A DNA stretch of 64,000 bases. Origin: Selaginella moellendorffii (lineage: Eukaryota; Plantae; Lycopodiophyta). Location of the stretch: positions 558,001-622,000 of the forward strand of contig NW_003314297.1 of the NCBI RefSeq assembly GCF_000143415.4, given 5' to 3'. This document shows positions 37,842-49,899 of this stretch, piece after piece. Position 1 is the stretch's first letter. Each line of letters starts with the position of its first letter. The notes beneath the pieces are model-generated. The model was not told the origin of the DNA and ran no database searches. It worked only from the letters and a program-made list of their open reading frames with translations. The translations under genes and the position numbers were made by a program.

Positions 37842-40159
37842 CAAATAACACCTTTCTCCAACATCTCTTTGACGTTTGCATGTAAAATCTTGATCTCCTT
37901 GGGTGACCGACGATGAATAGAAACCTTGATTGGATGAGCATCCCTGGTTGGAATCGGATGACGTATGGCAATCTTGGCCCCAGATGATAGGTCAAATTCA
38001 AAGAGATCAGAATACTCCTTCATGAGTCGGTCAACCGTTGCAACACAAAAATCGTCGGAGGGATCAGAAAAGGTAAAAGCAGAACAAGATGGAAACACAG
38101 AAGGAAATAGTGAGGGAACAAAAGTAATGGAAGCAAAGGTAGAAGTAGAGGGATGAAGAGGCATGAAAATGAGAGGAATGGATGAAACATAAGGAAGTAT
38201 GAGATAAGGGGGAGAAGCCTCAAAGTCACACTTGGCATGATTGCGCTGCAACCAATTTATACCAAGAATGAGTTCAAAAGCTTGACTCGGCACCACCCGC
38301 AACAACTGCAACTCAAAATCAAGATCGCCCACACACACAACCAGGTCTGCCTCATCCCGTGCACATACATGTGTACAGCTGTTGCCATAAAGAATGAAAA
38401 CTAGTTCCACCGCACGACGCAAGTATAGACGACAACGTGTGGTAACAAGTCAAGCAATAGAAGATAAACTCAAACCTGTATCAACCAACACGGAAAGAAT
38501 AATATGAGACCTCTTGTTATAAAAATGAGCTTGGAAAATAAATACTGGATGAACCAGTGCCAAATGAACCCCTTGATGATACTTCCGAAAGAAAGATAGA
38601 GGAGTTACTGACTTATTTGCACAAGGTCCCTCCGTTACTTGCGCGACTCCTCGTTTCCTAGATGCATCTCAGTGTCCAAACCTTCCACTGCAACAGCACC
38701 AACGGGACGTTGCTGACACCAAAGTCTCCATCGGGAAAATGTTGATAACACCGATAAGTATGACCAACTTCATCACACACCCAGCAACAAACATCATGGC
38801 CACGACCACATCCTCACCCTTGTCCTTGGACTCGAGTAGCAGTAGCATCAACCTCCATTGGAATAGGACCATCACTCATAGGAAGTGGAGCTAAAGAATG
38901 TGCAGCAAGAAGTGGAAGAGGCGACATCTCATAATGTTGTGCCAAACAAAGAGCATCGTCAAGGGTGGTGGGAGCAAATGCATGCACAAATTCGACAAGA
39001 TCTTGATGAAGTGCTGGCCACAACATTCCTAGCTTGATCTGCTCCGACATATTGGGCTCCGCACGAAACAAAAGACTTTGGAAACAAACGCTAAATTACA
39101 TCACCAACTTATATGGCTCTTGGAGAAGATGATGCAATTGTTGAAAGGCATCATCACAGTCATTAGCATGTCTGAAGGTGTGTTTGAAGACATCCGGGAG
39201 AACATTCCAATCCCCACGAGTGGCTGCACTCAAACCATTGTACCATTGCAACGCCGTCCCTTGGAGACACGTGGGAAACTCACGCAAATATTGAACATCA
39301 TCCTAAGAATGATGTGGCAATCAGCGTGAAGTGATCAAACCAATGATACACATTATCCCCAAGATTCCCACGAAAGAACTCCAGCCGAACGTGAAGATTG
39401 GCACCAAGAGCAAAAGGAGTTGTACCATATGCTGTAAATGCCACCATCAATTGAGTTTGGTCATTCAATTGCAAGCGCATAGCATGAAGCAATTGGACCA
39501 ATTGCTACTCCAAAGTCAAAGGAGGAGATTGCTGATTTGCCATGAAAATGAACGAAAAAGAAAGAGCAAAAGAAGAGAAATGACAAAAAGCTAGAAGGAA
39601 ATGGTAGATCTATACAATGCAAAGAGCTAGATCTAAACCAAAATCTTGAAAAGGAAGAACAAAAGAAAGGAAATGGAAAAAATTAGATCTAAACCAAAAT
39701 TCCAAATTTAAGCACTCCTCAAAAACAATAAAAAATGCCCCTCACCTCCACCAATGCGAATGCTTGGAATATAGAAAGGGAATACAGAAAATGTGCATAT
39801 TAATTAGCCCAAAAACCTTAACTTATATACAGGAGTGAGTAGTTCGGATTGAAACCAATTTGACAGCTACCAAAATCCCACTATACTAATATTAGTATAC
39901 GGCATTATAACTGTACACTTGGCCCTCACAGTTTATAATTTTTAAACATTCTTAAACCTTTTCTAGTATATATTTTTTTATTCTATCATTTAATGGTTAA
40001 TATGCAATAAGATTAATCTTGTGTTTATAAATTACAAGCATGCTTATAATTATAAACTTTATTTGATCAATTAGATTAATAAGCAATAATAAAATTACTA
40101 TTACATGCAATGCATAGCAATTTATTGTATATACGCAGATATATATTATATATGAATTT

Positions 40160-41209
40160 CAAGCAATATGGACAAGAGGTTCCTGGAGTAGGACAGGAGC
40201 CGAAGACGGGTTTCTGACAATGTTGACAAACGCATCGGTGACATTGTAAAGGACAGCTCGGAGGAACGACCGCTCCAGCCGTGAAATCTCTCATGGGCTT
40301 CCGGGGTCTCTTTCGTTTGCAAGCGAGAAGGAACACTCTCTGACGGTCGACTGCCCCCAAATCGTCCACAAAATCCATATGCCCGTACTCTGAGGGTATC
40401 AAGTCGACCACCATGCTCCTTGTCTGGTTGAAGAAACCGCCATGGTTATACTTTGCTGGAGAGCAGGCACCACTAAGTCCAGTGCCGATGATCAAACTTG
40501 GGTACTGGAAAACAATCGGTGCGTCGTATAGAACCCGCGGTTGCGTTTGGCCGATCTTTGTTCCATCCATGGGGTCCAGACCAACGAGCGTGGCAAATGG
40601 TACGCTGATGTTGGCCTTGATGTTGAGTGCCAGCGCGAAGGCGATCTTGCCTCCTTTGCTGTGGCCCATGTTGACGAGCTTGCCAATATTGACGCTCACA
40701 CCAGCTGGGAGAAAGGCTGCGAAGTTTCCGAGGAGCCATTCAATAACTCTCGCTGCATCTTCGATGCTCGTGTGGCATTTGTGTCCCAAAAACTATCACT
40801 TCTCTGTATCACAGTGTGAGTGGAGTGAGTTTTTGCTTCACGTAGCTCACCTGTGGCGCAACGACGACATAGCCGTAGCTGGCGATATGCGTGAGTATGC
40901 CTGTGTAGATTCGAGTCTTGAGGAATGTTCCATGGTGGAAGACAATGAGGGGAAACGTCCCGTTACTCGAACGAGTGAAGACTCGGAGTGGCAGTAGGCG
41001 TCTTTGATTGATGGTGAACATTGAAACATTGAAACTGCCGGTGTCATAGATGGAACCGTCATAGACATGCTGCCTTATAACTTGTTCCTCGCTGCAAACT
41101 ATGCATCCCAAAACCTGCCCAAGAACGAGATGGATTAGATTGTGCTATAAATCTATATATAAAACGATACCAAGAGTGCACAAACGCGAGCAACTTTCTC
41201 GATGTCCAT
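40160..41209 (-). pseudogene. CLH: Chlorophyllase-like alpha/beta hydrolase, frameshifted copy
   Basis: GHSKGG, DPMDG, GHMDF motifs. A 1-nt deletion near 40767 and a frameshifting deletion near 40270 relative to the copy at 53465-54520. Confidence 0.8.
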
Positions 41210-41441
41210 GATGCAATGCGATAGTGCCGGATATGTAGAAGCTGGCTGCTGCTAAGACTCGTATGTGGTGGTTTGTGTATCCTCCACCGAGCTCGCAACA
41301 ACAATTTAAGGTCTTCAGAGTATGGACCACAATGGTTTACCTGGCACAACAATTTAAAGCTGATGGTCCATGAACTGCATAAAATTAAATAGGTCCAAAC
41401 TTACACTATCAAAACGAAAGTCTGGTTTGCAAGGGAAGTAG

Positions 41442-43202
41442 CTTAAGCAACAGCATAGTTGCTGAGCAACTTTGGGATGTCGTGAGTGAGCATATCGTCT
41501 ACAGACTGGATCATTGATGGCCTTAGACGATGGAAGCTGTCAATATTGTGCACGGCCAACACTCTTCTAAACGTGTCAATGTTTGGCAGGTCCCCCTTTG
41601 GCAAGTGATAAAGACTTTGCACCTGTAAGAGAAGGATTTCACGTGTGAACTACAAACATCTCCATACCTTCACAAATTCATCTTCCAAGTTCACTACCAA
41701 GCTTTCCTGAGCGTCGGCTTTTCCCCACAGGATGGGCATCTGTTGCTTCAAATGCCCGATGAGATATGCATGTACTTTAGCTGCATGAGCTCGCTTTACG
41801 AATTCACTTATCTGTAAACAAAATAAGGAAGAGGATATGATAATGAAAATTTAAAGAGATATCACCCTTCGATCACAAGATCTCTTTGGCAGCTCCGATA
41901 GTTCTCTCAAGAGATCTTTCTTCTCCAGGTCAAAGAGATCTTTGCTTAGAATGATCTTCTGCGGGTTGTCATAAAATGAACTGCAACACAAAAATCACCA
42001 AAAATCACAGTAATTGATATTCAGAAAGCATACCCGATGTATACTCGCATTACTTCTGGCGTGTTCACAACTTTACCAAGGGACCACATAAGAGCTCCAT
42101 ATACTCTCATCAGCTGTTGAAGTAACGGGTCAGGATATACGAGAGGAAAAGACAATGTTCACCTGTTGAGCGTCAATACCATCAACTTTGTTGAGAAGAA
42201 CTCGAATCTTGTCATCGTTCCCTCTAAGGGATTCAATAACCCGTTTTAGTTCGTCACTAATGTCCAGTTTGTGAGGATCGAAAAGCAAAAATATCATATC
42301 CGACTTCGCTGCAAACCACTCTGTTACGCCAAGAAAATCGTAGCTGCGTTCTGTGTCTGACAACACTCCAGGCGTATCGATGAAAGTCACGTCATTCAGT
42401 AGCTGCCAAACAAGCCCACTCTTTTTTTAACAGAGCAAGAAACTGGAAGAACTCACTGGATGTGACATTTGAGCACACTCGAATTTCGACAGAAACGCTG
42501 TCCCAAACCTTTTGAGACCACCGAAAGGCGTATTGGCGTGAACGGACACCGTGTTGCCAGGAACAGTTTTGTCGACGCTTCCTCCCTGCAAAGAGAAAAC
42601 AAGAAAACGAGGATCGACATACCAGCGAAACACAAACATACCATCACGGCAACGAAACGATCAGTCGTCGGTTCTGGTCCAATGTGAGCTCCTGGACGAA
42701 GTCAAGACTGTGTAAGGTGACGCTTCTCGTTAGATGTAAAAAAAGGAAGCATTGAAATCGACAAGAAGGCAACTCTTATTCGCAAGTTTAAATCACAATA
42801 GCACTCACGAAAGAAAGAAGGGGAGACAAGAAAAAAAATCAAATCCAGAAACATACCAGGATAGCTTCTTCCGAGAATGTGGCTAATGAACGTCGTCTTT
42901 CCAGTCGAATATTGTCCTAGCAGTGTCACCATCGGTTTCGCCTCGAAATCGCTATCAGTCTAGGCAGAAAAATTAGCCTGCATCGAGTCGACGAATTCCA
43001 TACCATAGCAGGGCTGGAGAAGACGTTGAACTTGTAGAGGCGCTCCAAGGGCTTGAGCTTGCGCGCGTACAAATCCTTCAATCCGGCGATCACGGCGGCC
43101 ACATTCTCAGAGGAGACCTGTGATCAGAGATGAGGAAAACCTCTCGATCGTGGACAGAGAACTCACGCGCCGGGGGAGACTCTCCAGCGCTGCTTGCGCC
43201 AT
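41442..43202 (-). CDS. EHD: EHD-family dynamin-like ATPase without an EH domain; multi-exon, apparently intact
   Basis: GQYSTGKT P-loop, GPEPTTDRF, IDTPGVLS, LLNKVD, LMRVYGALMWSLGKV, AKVHAYLI. ATG at 43202, TAA at ~41442-41444, short GT-AG introns. Confidence 0.8.
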
Positions 43203-43499
43203 TGTTCCAAGAACCCTAACCTTTAGTAATAAGAAAATTCCACTTCGGGTAAGTGAGTTAAACCGATGTCATCCAGTCATTTACAATGGTATATATGCTG
43301 TTCGTGTTCATTCTCATGTTCATTTTCATTTTGCGAGTCATCCTTACATTGTCAGCTGAATTGGAAACTGATTATGAACAACAATGTACCTATTTTCAAA
43401 GTTTCTAAAGAACATGAAGTAAAAAGTAGCGAAGTTCAACCAGGTATGACAACACTTACACTTCTAATGGCTTAGAGACGCTCTAAGGTCATTGAGAAG

Positions 43500-45900
43500 C
43501 GATCCGCACAAGCCTGGACGTTGTCAAAACCTGATTTTCTGCTAACCTTCACAGATGCTCCTTCTCTCTCACAACGCTTGTACCCCCATGCTTGTACTGC
43601 GAAGGCAAAGACATCAGGCTTGATTGTTAAGGATCAAAATCTTCCTTTTCGCTTTTTTTTTGTGCCACTTCTTCAAACATCGGGCGCCACATTTCAGGTG
43701 TGAAGTTGTCCCTGTTTCAGGACAGACCAGAAAATGAGAAAAGCCTGCCTCAGCGGCTGTTGTCCCCCGTGAGCGCTTCTAAGTGCCTTGAAAAATAGTT
43801 CTTGGCCTGGAATTCCTGCAGCATAACAAATGTGAATCTGAGACTTACGCAGAATGTTTCTGGCAGCGTCTGTCAGCAACAGCCATGTTCCCGCAAGGTA
43901 TTACTCCGTCAGGGAGGTGGCGTTTGCAGCAATAGTTTTCCTTTGAACCACGGCTCTCGCATCCCTCTTGCTTGCACTTGAACATTTTTGGCACCGAAGC
44001 AGCAGCAGGCCGGGCAAGGTTCAGCATCCTGTCCAAGGGCTCTAGAATCCCGTGCACAGCACCGAATTTCTTAAAAGCTGGGCCAGTCGACTCTATCCGA
44101 GTTTTGGCAAAAAGCTCAGCTTGACCTTCGTCAACTTCGTCATCTTGCTCCTCTTCTTCCTCTTTTTCATCAGCCAGTATGTCCTGCTCAGTTACATTTT
44201 CTGGCATGATGCAGTAATACTCAGTCTTCACAGATTGCACCTTCTGCTCCCTATTGGCATCATCATGCACACCAATCCCGAACTGGAAATGGGATGCCAC
44301 TTCTGTCTTCCACACTCTATGCGACATTTTCCGGGACTTTGTCTTCCATTTCGCAATAATGAATTGTATTGCCCAGATATACAGAACGCCGTCCACGATC
44401 TTAATAAGAACCACATCCACGGCTCTTTCATTGAACGCCATTGGGACCAGAAAGCACGCCTTCTAGCAGCTCAACATCGCCAAGTTCCGAATTTCTTGCA
44501 GTGGGCATATTCCACTACACGGTTGAAGCTGCTCCGTTCATCATCATGGAAACCCGCTTAGAGTGTCGTATTATGTCGATAACGAAACGCTCTATATTCC
44601 AGTCAACACGAGCAGAGTTGAGAGGGAGATGCTGTACCCTGAGGTCCCTGTACACCATCGAAGCCCACCCCCGAATGTCAATCATGCTCAAACCATCATC
44701 CACTTGTCGATACCGGTCCCTCAGATAGTTCCTAGCTTGCGTTTCTAGATAGGCAGAAAGCAGACGGTACTTTCTGTCCGTCCCCTCGTAGAAGCAAGTA
44801 AGCTTCACTTTCCTGGCGAGCATATGATTGATCTCTGCACGCATAATAAGCCTGTCAGCTGCCTCTAACTCGGCCTTGTTTTCCAGCAGCCCAATGAAAT
44901 CAGTCCAGAGCTTGCAAGTAAACGGCTCGGCAATAAGATCCCTGTATGTATCCTCGTCCCCCTGCGCCTGTTCGAAGTATGTCAGCAACTGTGGCATTCC
45001 CCCAGTAAGATATGCCACAGTCAGACTCTTCTTCACATCCTCAGTTAATGGTGTTACACCTCTCCATGTCCCTATCTCCACTGGCCCGTCGACGAGGAAC
45101 TTCAGGAGCTTGAGTTTCTTCTTGTTGCTCCTTTCAACAATCAAGCGTTCTCTGCTGTTTACAGAAGAAACCCGAACGAGAGCGTACAGCTGCATGAAGC
45201 CGAGAAGATGATGTTTGGCAGCAGCCCTGGTCCTCGAAGGACTCGAAATCGTCTACCACAAAGCTCAGCTCTGAAACGTGAGCATAACACCACTCCTCCA
45301 ACTGGACAGCCTGCCTTCTTCGAGAAATCCCCTCCGTTTCCTTCTGCAGGCCACAAAATGCCACGAGCAAGCCCTTCCACAAGGCGAGCACAAACTTGCG
45401 GGTGAGCTCTTCCGGATCCAAGAAAACTACCCGCTTCCGCCCCTACTGCTGGAGTTGGTTGCAAACTGCGCCAACCACTACCGTCTTTCCAGAACCTTTG
45501 GCACCCATAATGACAAGTTCACTGCCAGGACGCAACGCCTGGATACGCTCAAGAAGCCCCTTAGCGATTGAACGTGGGATGAAGAGGAACGGGTCCTCTT
45601 CAGAGAGCGGGGTGAGCGCAGGCCGGCAGAGCTGGGTTGCGTTGCCAGTGTTCCATAGGTACGAAGGATCATCGCGGAACTCCAAACACCAATCTCGAAG
45701 CAGTAAGCTTGGTCGAACTCTGTAATAAGACGGTGGCCCCATGGCCAGGTTTTCCATTTAAACACAAAAGAAAAGCCCAAAAAACACACTCCACCAACTC
45801 GTGCTGCCTTCCATCTCCAACCTCCGTCTCTCGTCTCCATGCCTCCTCACCAACATGCCAATATAAAGGCATACACAAGTTTATTTCTTGCCAATCTTGG
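43500..45900 (-). pseudogene. Crinkler/RHS-type P-loop NTPase + restriction-endonuclease-like gene, frameshifted copy
   Basis: Paralogue of 56615-58612, split into several ORFs by deletions. Confidence 0.75.
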
Positions 45901-47071
45901 CAAAGTTTCAACTCACCTTCTTTCACATACTAGAACCATATAACATGCTATATAATAGGATATTGGCCTAGTGGCAAGCTTGTTACATGGCAAGACCATA
46001 AAGGCTTTCCATCTCTTGCATCCACTGCATGACCCCATTCCTAGAGTTGCTATGGAATGTTTAAGTTGGCAATGCCCATTTGAGTCCTTGTTTATAGAAT
46101 GAGTTTTTTTGTAGCTTATTAGCAATGAATTTTCTGCAGCTTGGTAGCAGCCACAGCCATGGAAACAAATATGCTAACACCATAACAATGGGAGCATATA
46201 TTAAACATAGATGAGTGGTTTGAATAAAGAAAATGTTGTCCATAACAGTTATGCCTATTGATCCATTATGGGATTATGGCTTAAAAAAAAATTATAGGTT
46301 GGAAAATATTCAAGAATTTTATGTTGTGCCACCAATGCACCTGTTACAAACTAGAGGAAACTAGAGGAAAATCAAATCCTAGAAGCCAGAGTCTATATCC
46401 CATTACAAACATATAAACAAAATATCAATTACTTTCTACAATACCTTGGCTGGAAGTGTGCTTATGAATGTCTGGATGTGGCCAAAGGTTTAAAAGCCAA
46501 AGGAAATGGATTCTAATGTTGCCAAGAGGCTTGCAAACCTAAAATAGATATTATTCATTCATGTTTAGAGCTTAGGATTGCATTAAAATATCTAACCATT
46601 TCTGAAATGTAAACTTTAAGCCTTGGAATTTACCTCAATGACTTATAGATTCCACCAAGAATCCATCACAAAAATGTTGTGGATGCCATCGCACTCCAGT
46701 GATCTTGAGGCTGAGAACAGTCAATGATCCACTCCTCATGCCAACCTCAAGCTTGAAAGCAAGTCTTTTGAAGCGACCCCTCAATGCGCTTGAGTGGGAG
46801 ACACCAACTTGATCAACTTGATATCATTAATTTTCTTAAGCATAGATTTCATTTTGGCACTCTTTCACCTATGATGCTGTTGCATGCCCATAGAGAATGC
46901 CTAGAATCCAGTCTTGCCCAAGTGAGAGCAAATTAGAAATTTGGTATTGATTGGATCCAACAGTCCAAAGGTTTGACTGTCAATGCAAGTCAACACATGC
47001 ATCTACCACACATCACAACACCTCTGACTCCAACCAATTGGCATCTCATTTGCTAAGAGCAAATATCTATA

Positions 47072-48487
47072 CTAGCTAAGATGTTGTAGGAATTTAAAAT
47101 GGGTGTAAGCCCAAGCAAGGTTTACTGTGCTAGACCAAAGCTCTCACTGTGCTCAGATTTGCTCGGCCCTTGATCCTGTTCCTAAGTGTCACATATTCTT
47201 AAGCAGATTCTCCCCTAGCCTTAGCTCACGCCATGCCTTTTATTGCCCACTACTACATCCCAAGAACGCCCTCCTGATGTGCCACCTGATCCTGTCTAAC
47301 AAACTGCCATGTTCATGTCATCATCCATGTGTGCCATCTCATTTTGTTCTATGGGCTAGCACGTGAATGGAATTGTGGACGTCTCCGTAAATGCACTTGC
47401 TCACTTGGCATTGCCCTCTTCCAATCGGTGACAAAGACGCCCCTTCCAGGACATGCCCAGTGGCTACTCAAAGGTACATACAAAATCACTTTTTTACATG
47501 CAAACTTTGATATTTTAGGTATAGTTTTTCTTACTTTAAGATATTTGCCTCTCACTTATTACAGGCTCACTACAGCTGTAGTGGTTCATTGCCCAGATGC
47601 CCATCCTCGTGATAGCAGTGATGCCATGCTTCCAAAGCTATCAAGAAAAAAAAAGTCCATGGCTGCCATACCTCATGACCAAACCTCTTTGGTTATACTT
47701 GCTGTCCTGGCCAGGAAAATTCCTTCAGCCATGCATGTCCTTCACATAAGCACATTACTGGGCAATGTGTGTCCCCTTGCACAAGCCCTCATACTCAACC
47801 AAGTGAGAAAGAGAAGCAAGTTAGTTATGTCAATAAATTGCTATGTGTTGCATGTACTAATGCTTGGTTTGTTTAATAGTAGTGTTATTTTTACTTATTA
47901 ATCCAATTGATTAAATCAGTATAAAATTATAAGCATGTTTGTAATTTATAAACACAAGATTCATGTAATTGCATATCAACCATTAGATGATAGAATTAAA
48001 AAAATATACTAGAAAGGGTTTAAATTTTTTTATAAATTATAAATACAAAATTAATTTAAATGAATAACAATTGTTAAATGGTAGAATATCCTAAAATACT
48101 AATCCTAAAACATATTTTAAATATATCCACTACTATACAAGTTTACTTAAGCAAACCAAAAATAAAAATGATAATAAAGATTCATATAAACTCCAGTATA
48201 CCTGGCCCAAATACTTCCTATCTCCACCATAAAATGGGCATAAGCCCAATAAGGTTTACTGGAATCCACGTTAGGTCAAAGCTCTCACAATGCTTGGATC
48301 TGCTCATCACGCACTCGATCCTGTTCCCAGATCCTCCCCTAGCCCTAGCTCCCGCCCCAAGAATGCCCTCCTGATGCGCTGCCCGATCCTCTATCAAACT
48401 ACATCAGATTTATTGCCACATCAGATTGCCTGCCGCTAATTGGCTGGATCGTATGGTCCAAATTTGGCAACTCCTTATTATTATAGA
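47072..48487 (-). mobile_element. Possible non-autonomous Helitron-like AT-rich repeat
   Basis: The minus strand begins A|TCTATAATAATAAG at ~48487 and there is a CTAG near 47072. Internal block 47870-48040 recurs inverted at 39931-40100. No clear 3' hairpin. Confidence 0.3.
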
Positions 48488-48965
48488 TATTCATTAATAT
48501 TATTTATATACATATTGTGAGGGCCAAGTGTACGGCTACAATGCCGTATACTAATATTAGCGTAGTGGATTTTGGTAGCCGTCGGATTGGTTTCAATCCG
48601 GACCACTCGCTCCTATATATAAGCTAGGGTTTTTAGGCTAATTGATATGCACATTTCTGTATTCCCTTTCCATATTCCATGCACTCACATTGGTGGAGGT
48701 GAGGGGCACCTTTGATTGTCCCTGGGGAGTGCTTGGATTTGGGATTTCGGTTTAGATCTAGCTTTTGCATCGTCTAGATCTAGCTTTTTCCATTTCCTTT
48801 CTTTTGTTCTTTCCTTTCAGGATTTTGGTTTCGATCTAGCTTTTTGCATTGTCTAGATCTACCATTTCTTTCCAGCTTTTTTGTCATTTCTCTTCTTTTG
48901 CTCTTTCTTTTTCGTTCATCTTCATGGCCGATCCGCAATCTCCTCCTTTGACTCTAGAGCAGTAG

Positions 48966-49856
48966 TTGGTTCAATTGCTTGATGCTATGCGCTTGCAATT
49001 GAACAACCAAACTCAGTTGATGGCGGCGTTCACGGCACGTGGTACAACTCCTCCTGCTCTTGGTGCCAATCCTCACGTTCGGCCGGAGTTCTTTCGCGGG
49101 AATCCTGGGGATGATGTGTACCATTGGTTCGATCACTTTACGGTGATTGCCACATATCATTCTTGGGATGATGCTCGACGGTTGCGTGAGTTTCCCACGT
49201 GTCTCCAAGGGACGGCATTGCAGTGGTACAATGGTTTGAGCGCAGCTACTCATGGGGATTGGAGTGTTCTCCCGGACGTCTTCAAACGCGCCTTCGGACA
49301 TGCTGATGATTGTGATGATGCTTTCCAACAATTGCATCGTCTTCGCCAAGGGCCATCGGAGTCGGTGATGCAATTTGGCGTTCGTTTCCGAAGTCTTTTG
49401 CTTCGTGCGGAGCCAAATATGTCAGAGCGGATCAAGCTAGGAATGTTGTGGCCAGCACTTCATCAAGATCTTGTCGGACTTGTGCATGCACTTGCTCCTG
49501 CCACCCTTGACGATGCTCTTTGCTTGGCACAACGTTATGAGACGTCGCCTCTTCCACTTTTTGCTGCACGTCCTTCCGCTCCACTTCCTATGGGTGATGG
49601 TTTTATTCCAATGGAGGCTGATGCTGCTGCTACTCGAGTCCAAGGACAAGCGCGAGGACGTGGTCGTGGCCGTGATGTTCGCTGCTGGGCGTGTGATGAA
49701 GTTGGTCATACTTATCGGCGTTGCCGTCGTTTTCCGGATTGGCGACCTCCATTTCTTGGGTGGAGACCTTGGCGTCAGCAACGTCCCCTGGGTGCTGCTG
49801 CAGTGGAAGGTCTGGACACCGAGATGCATCCGGGAAACGAGGAGTCGCGCGAGTAA
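48966..49856 (+). CDS. gag: Retrotransposon Gag
   Basis: Retrotrans-gag-like ALQWY..F..LRQG segment and CCHC zinc knuckle; exact start codon uncertain. Confidence 0.85.
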   Translation: MVQLLDAMRLQLNNQTQLMAAFTARGTTPPALGANPHVRPEFFRGNPGDDVYHWFDHFTVIATYHSWDDARRLREFPTCLQGTALQWYNGLSAATHGDWSVLPDVFKRAFGHADDCDDAFQQLHRLRQGPSESVMQFGVRFRSLLLRAEPNMSERIKLGMLWPALHQDLVGLVHALAPATLDDALCLAQRYETSPLPLFAARPSAPLPMGDGFIPMEADAAATRVQGQARGRGRGRDVRCWACDEVGHTYRRCRRFPDWRPPFLGWRPWRQQRPLGAAAVEGLDTEMHPGNEESRE

Positions 49857-49899
49857 CGGAGGGACCTTGCGCGAATAAATCAGTGACTCCTCCATCTTT

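Larger units (their letters stand above)
26461..39930 (-). mobile_element. Gypsy family copy interrupted by three nested insertions
   Basis: Partial 3' LTR 26461-26565 and PPT 26566-26580; integrase (TSAYHPQSDGLVER); RNase H/RT 28857-29946; RT N-terminus, protease and gag 37842-39500; PBS 39738-39753; 5' LTR 39755-39930. Confidence 0.9.
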
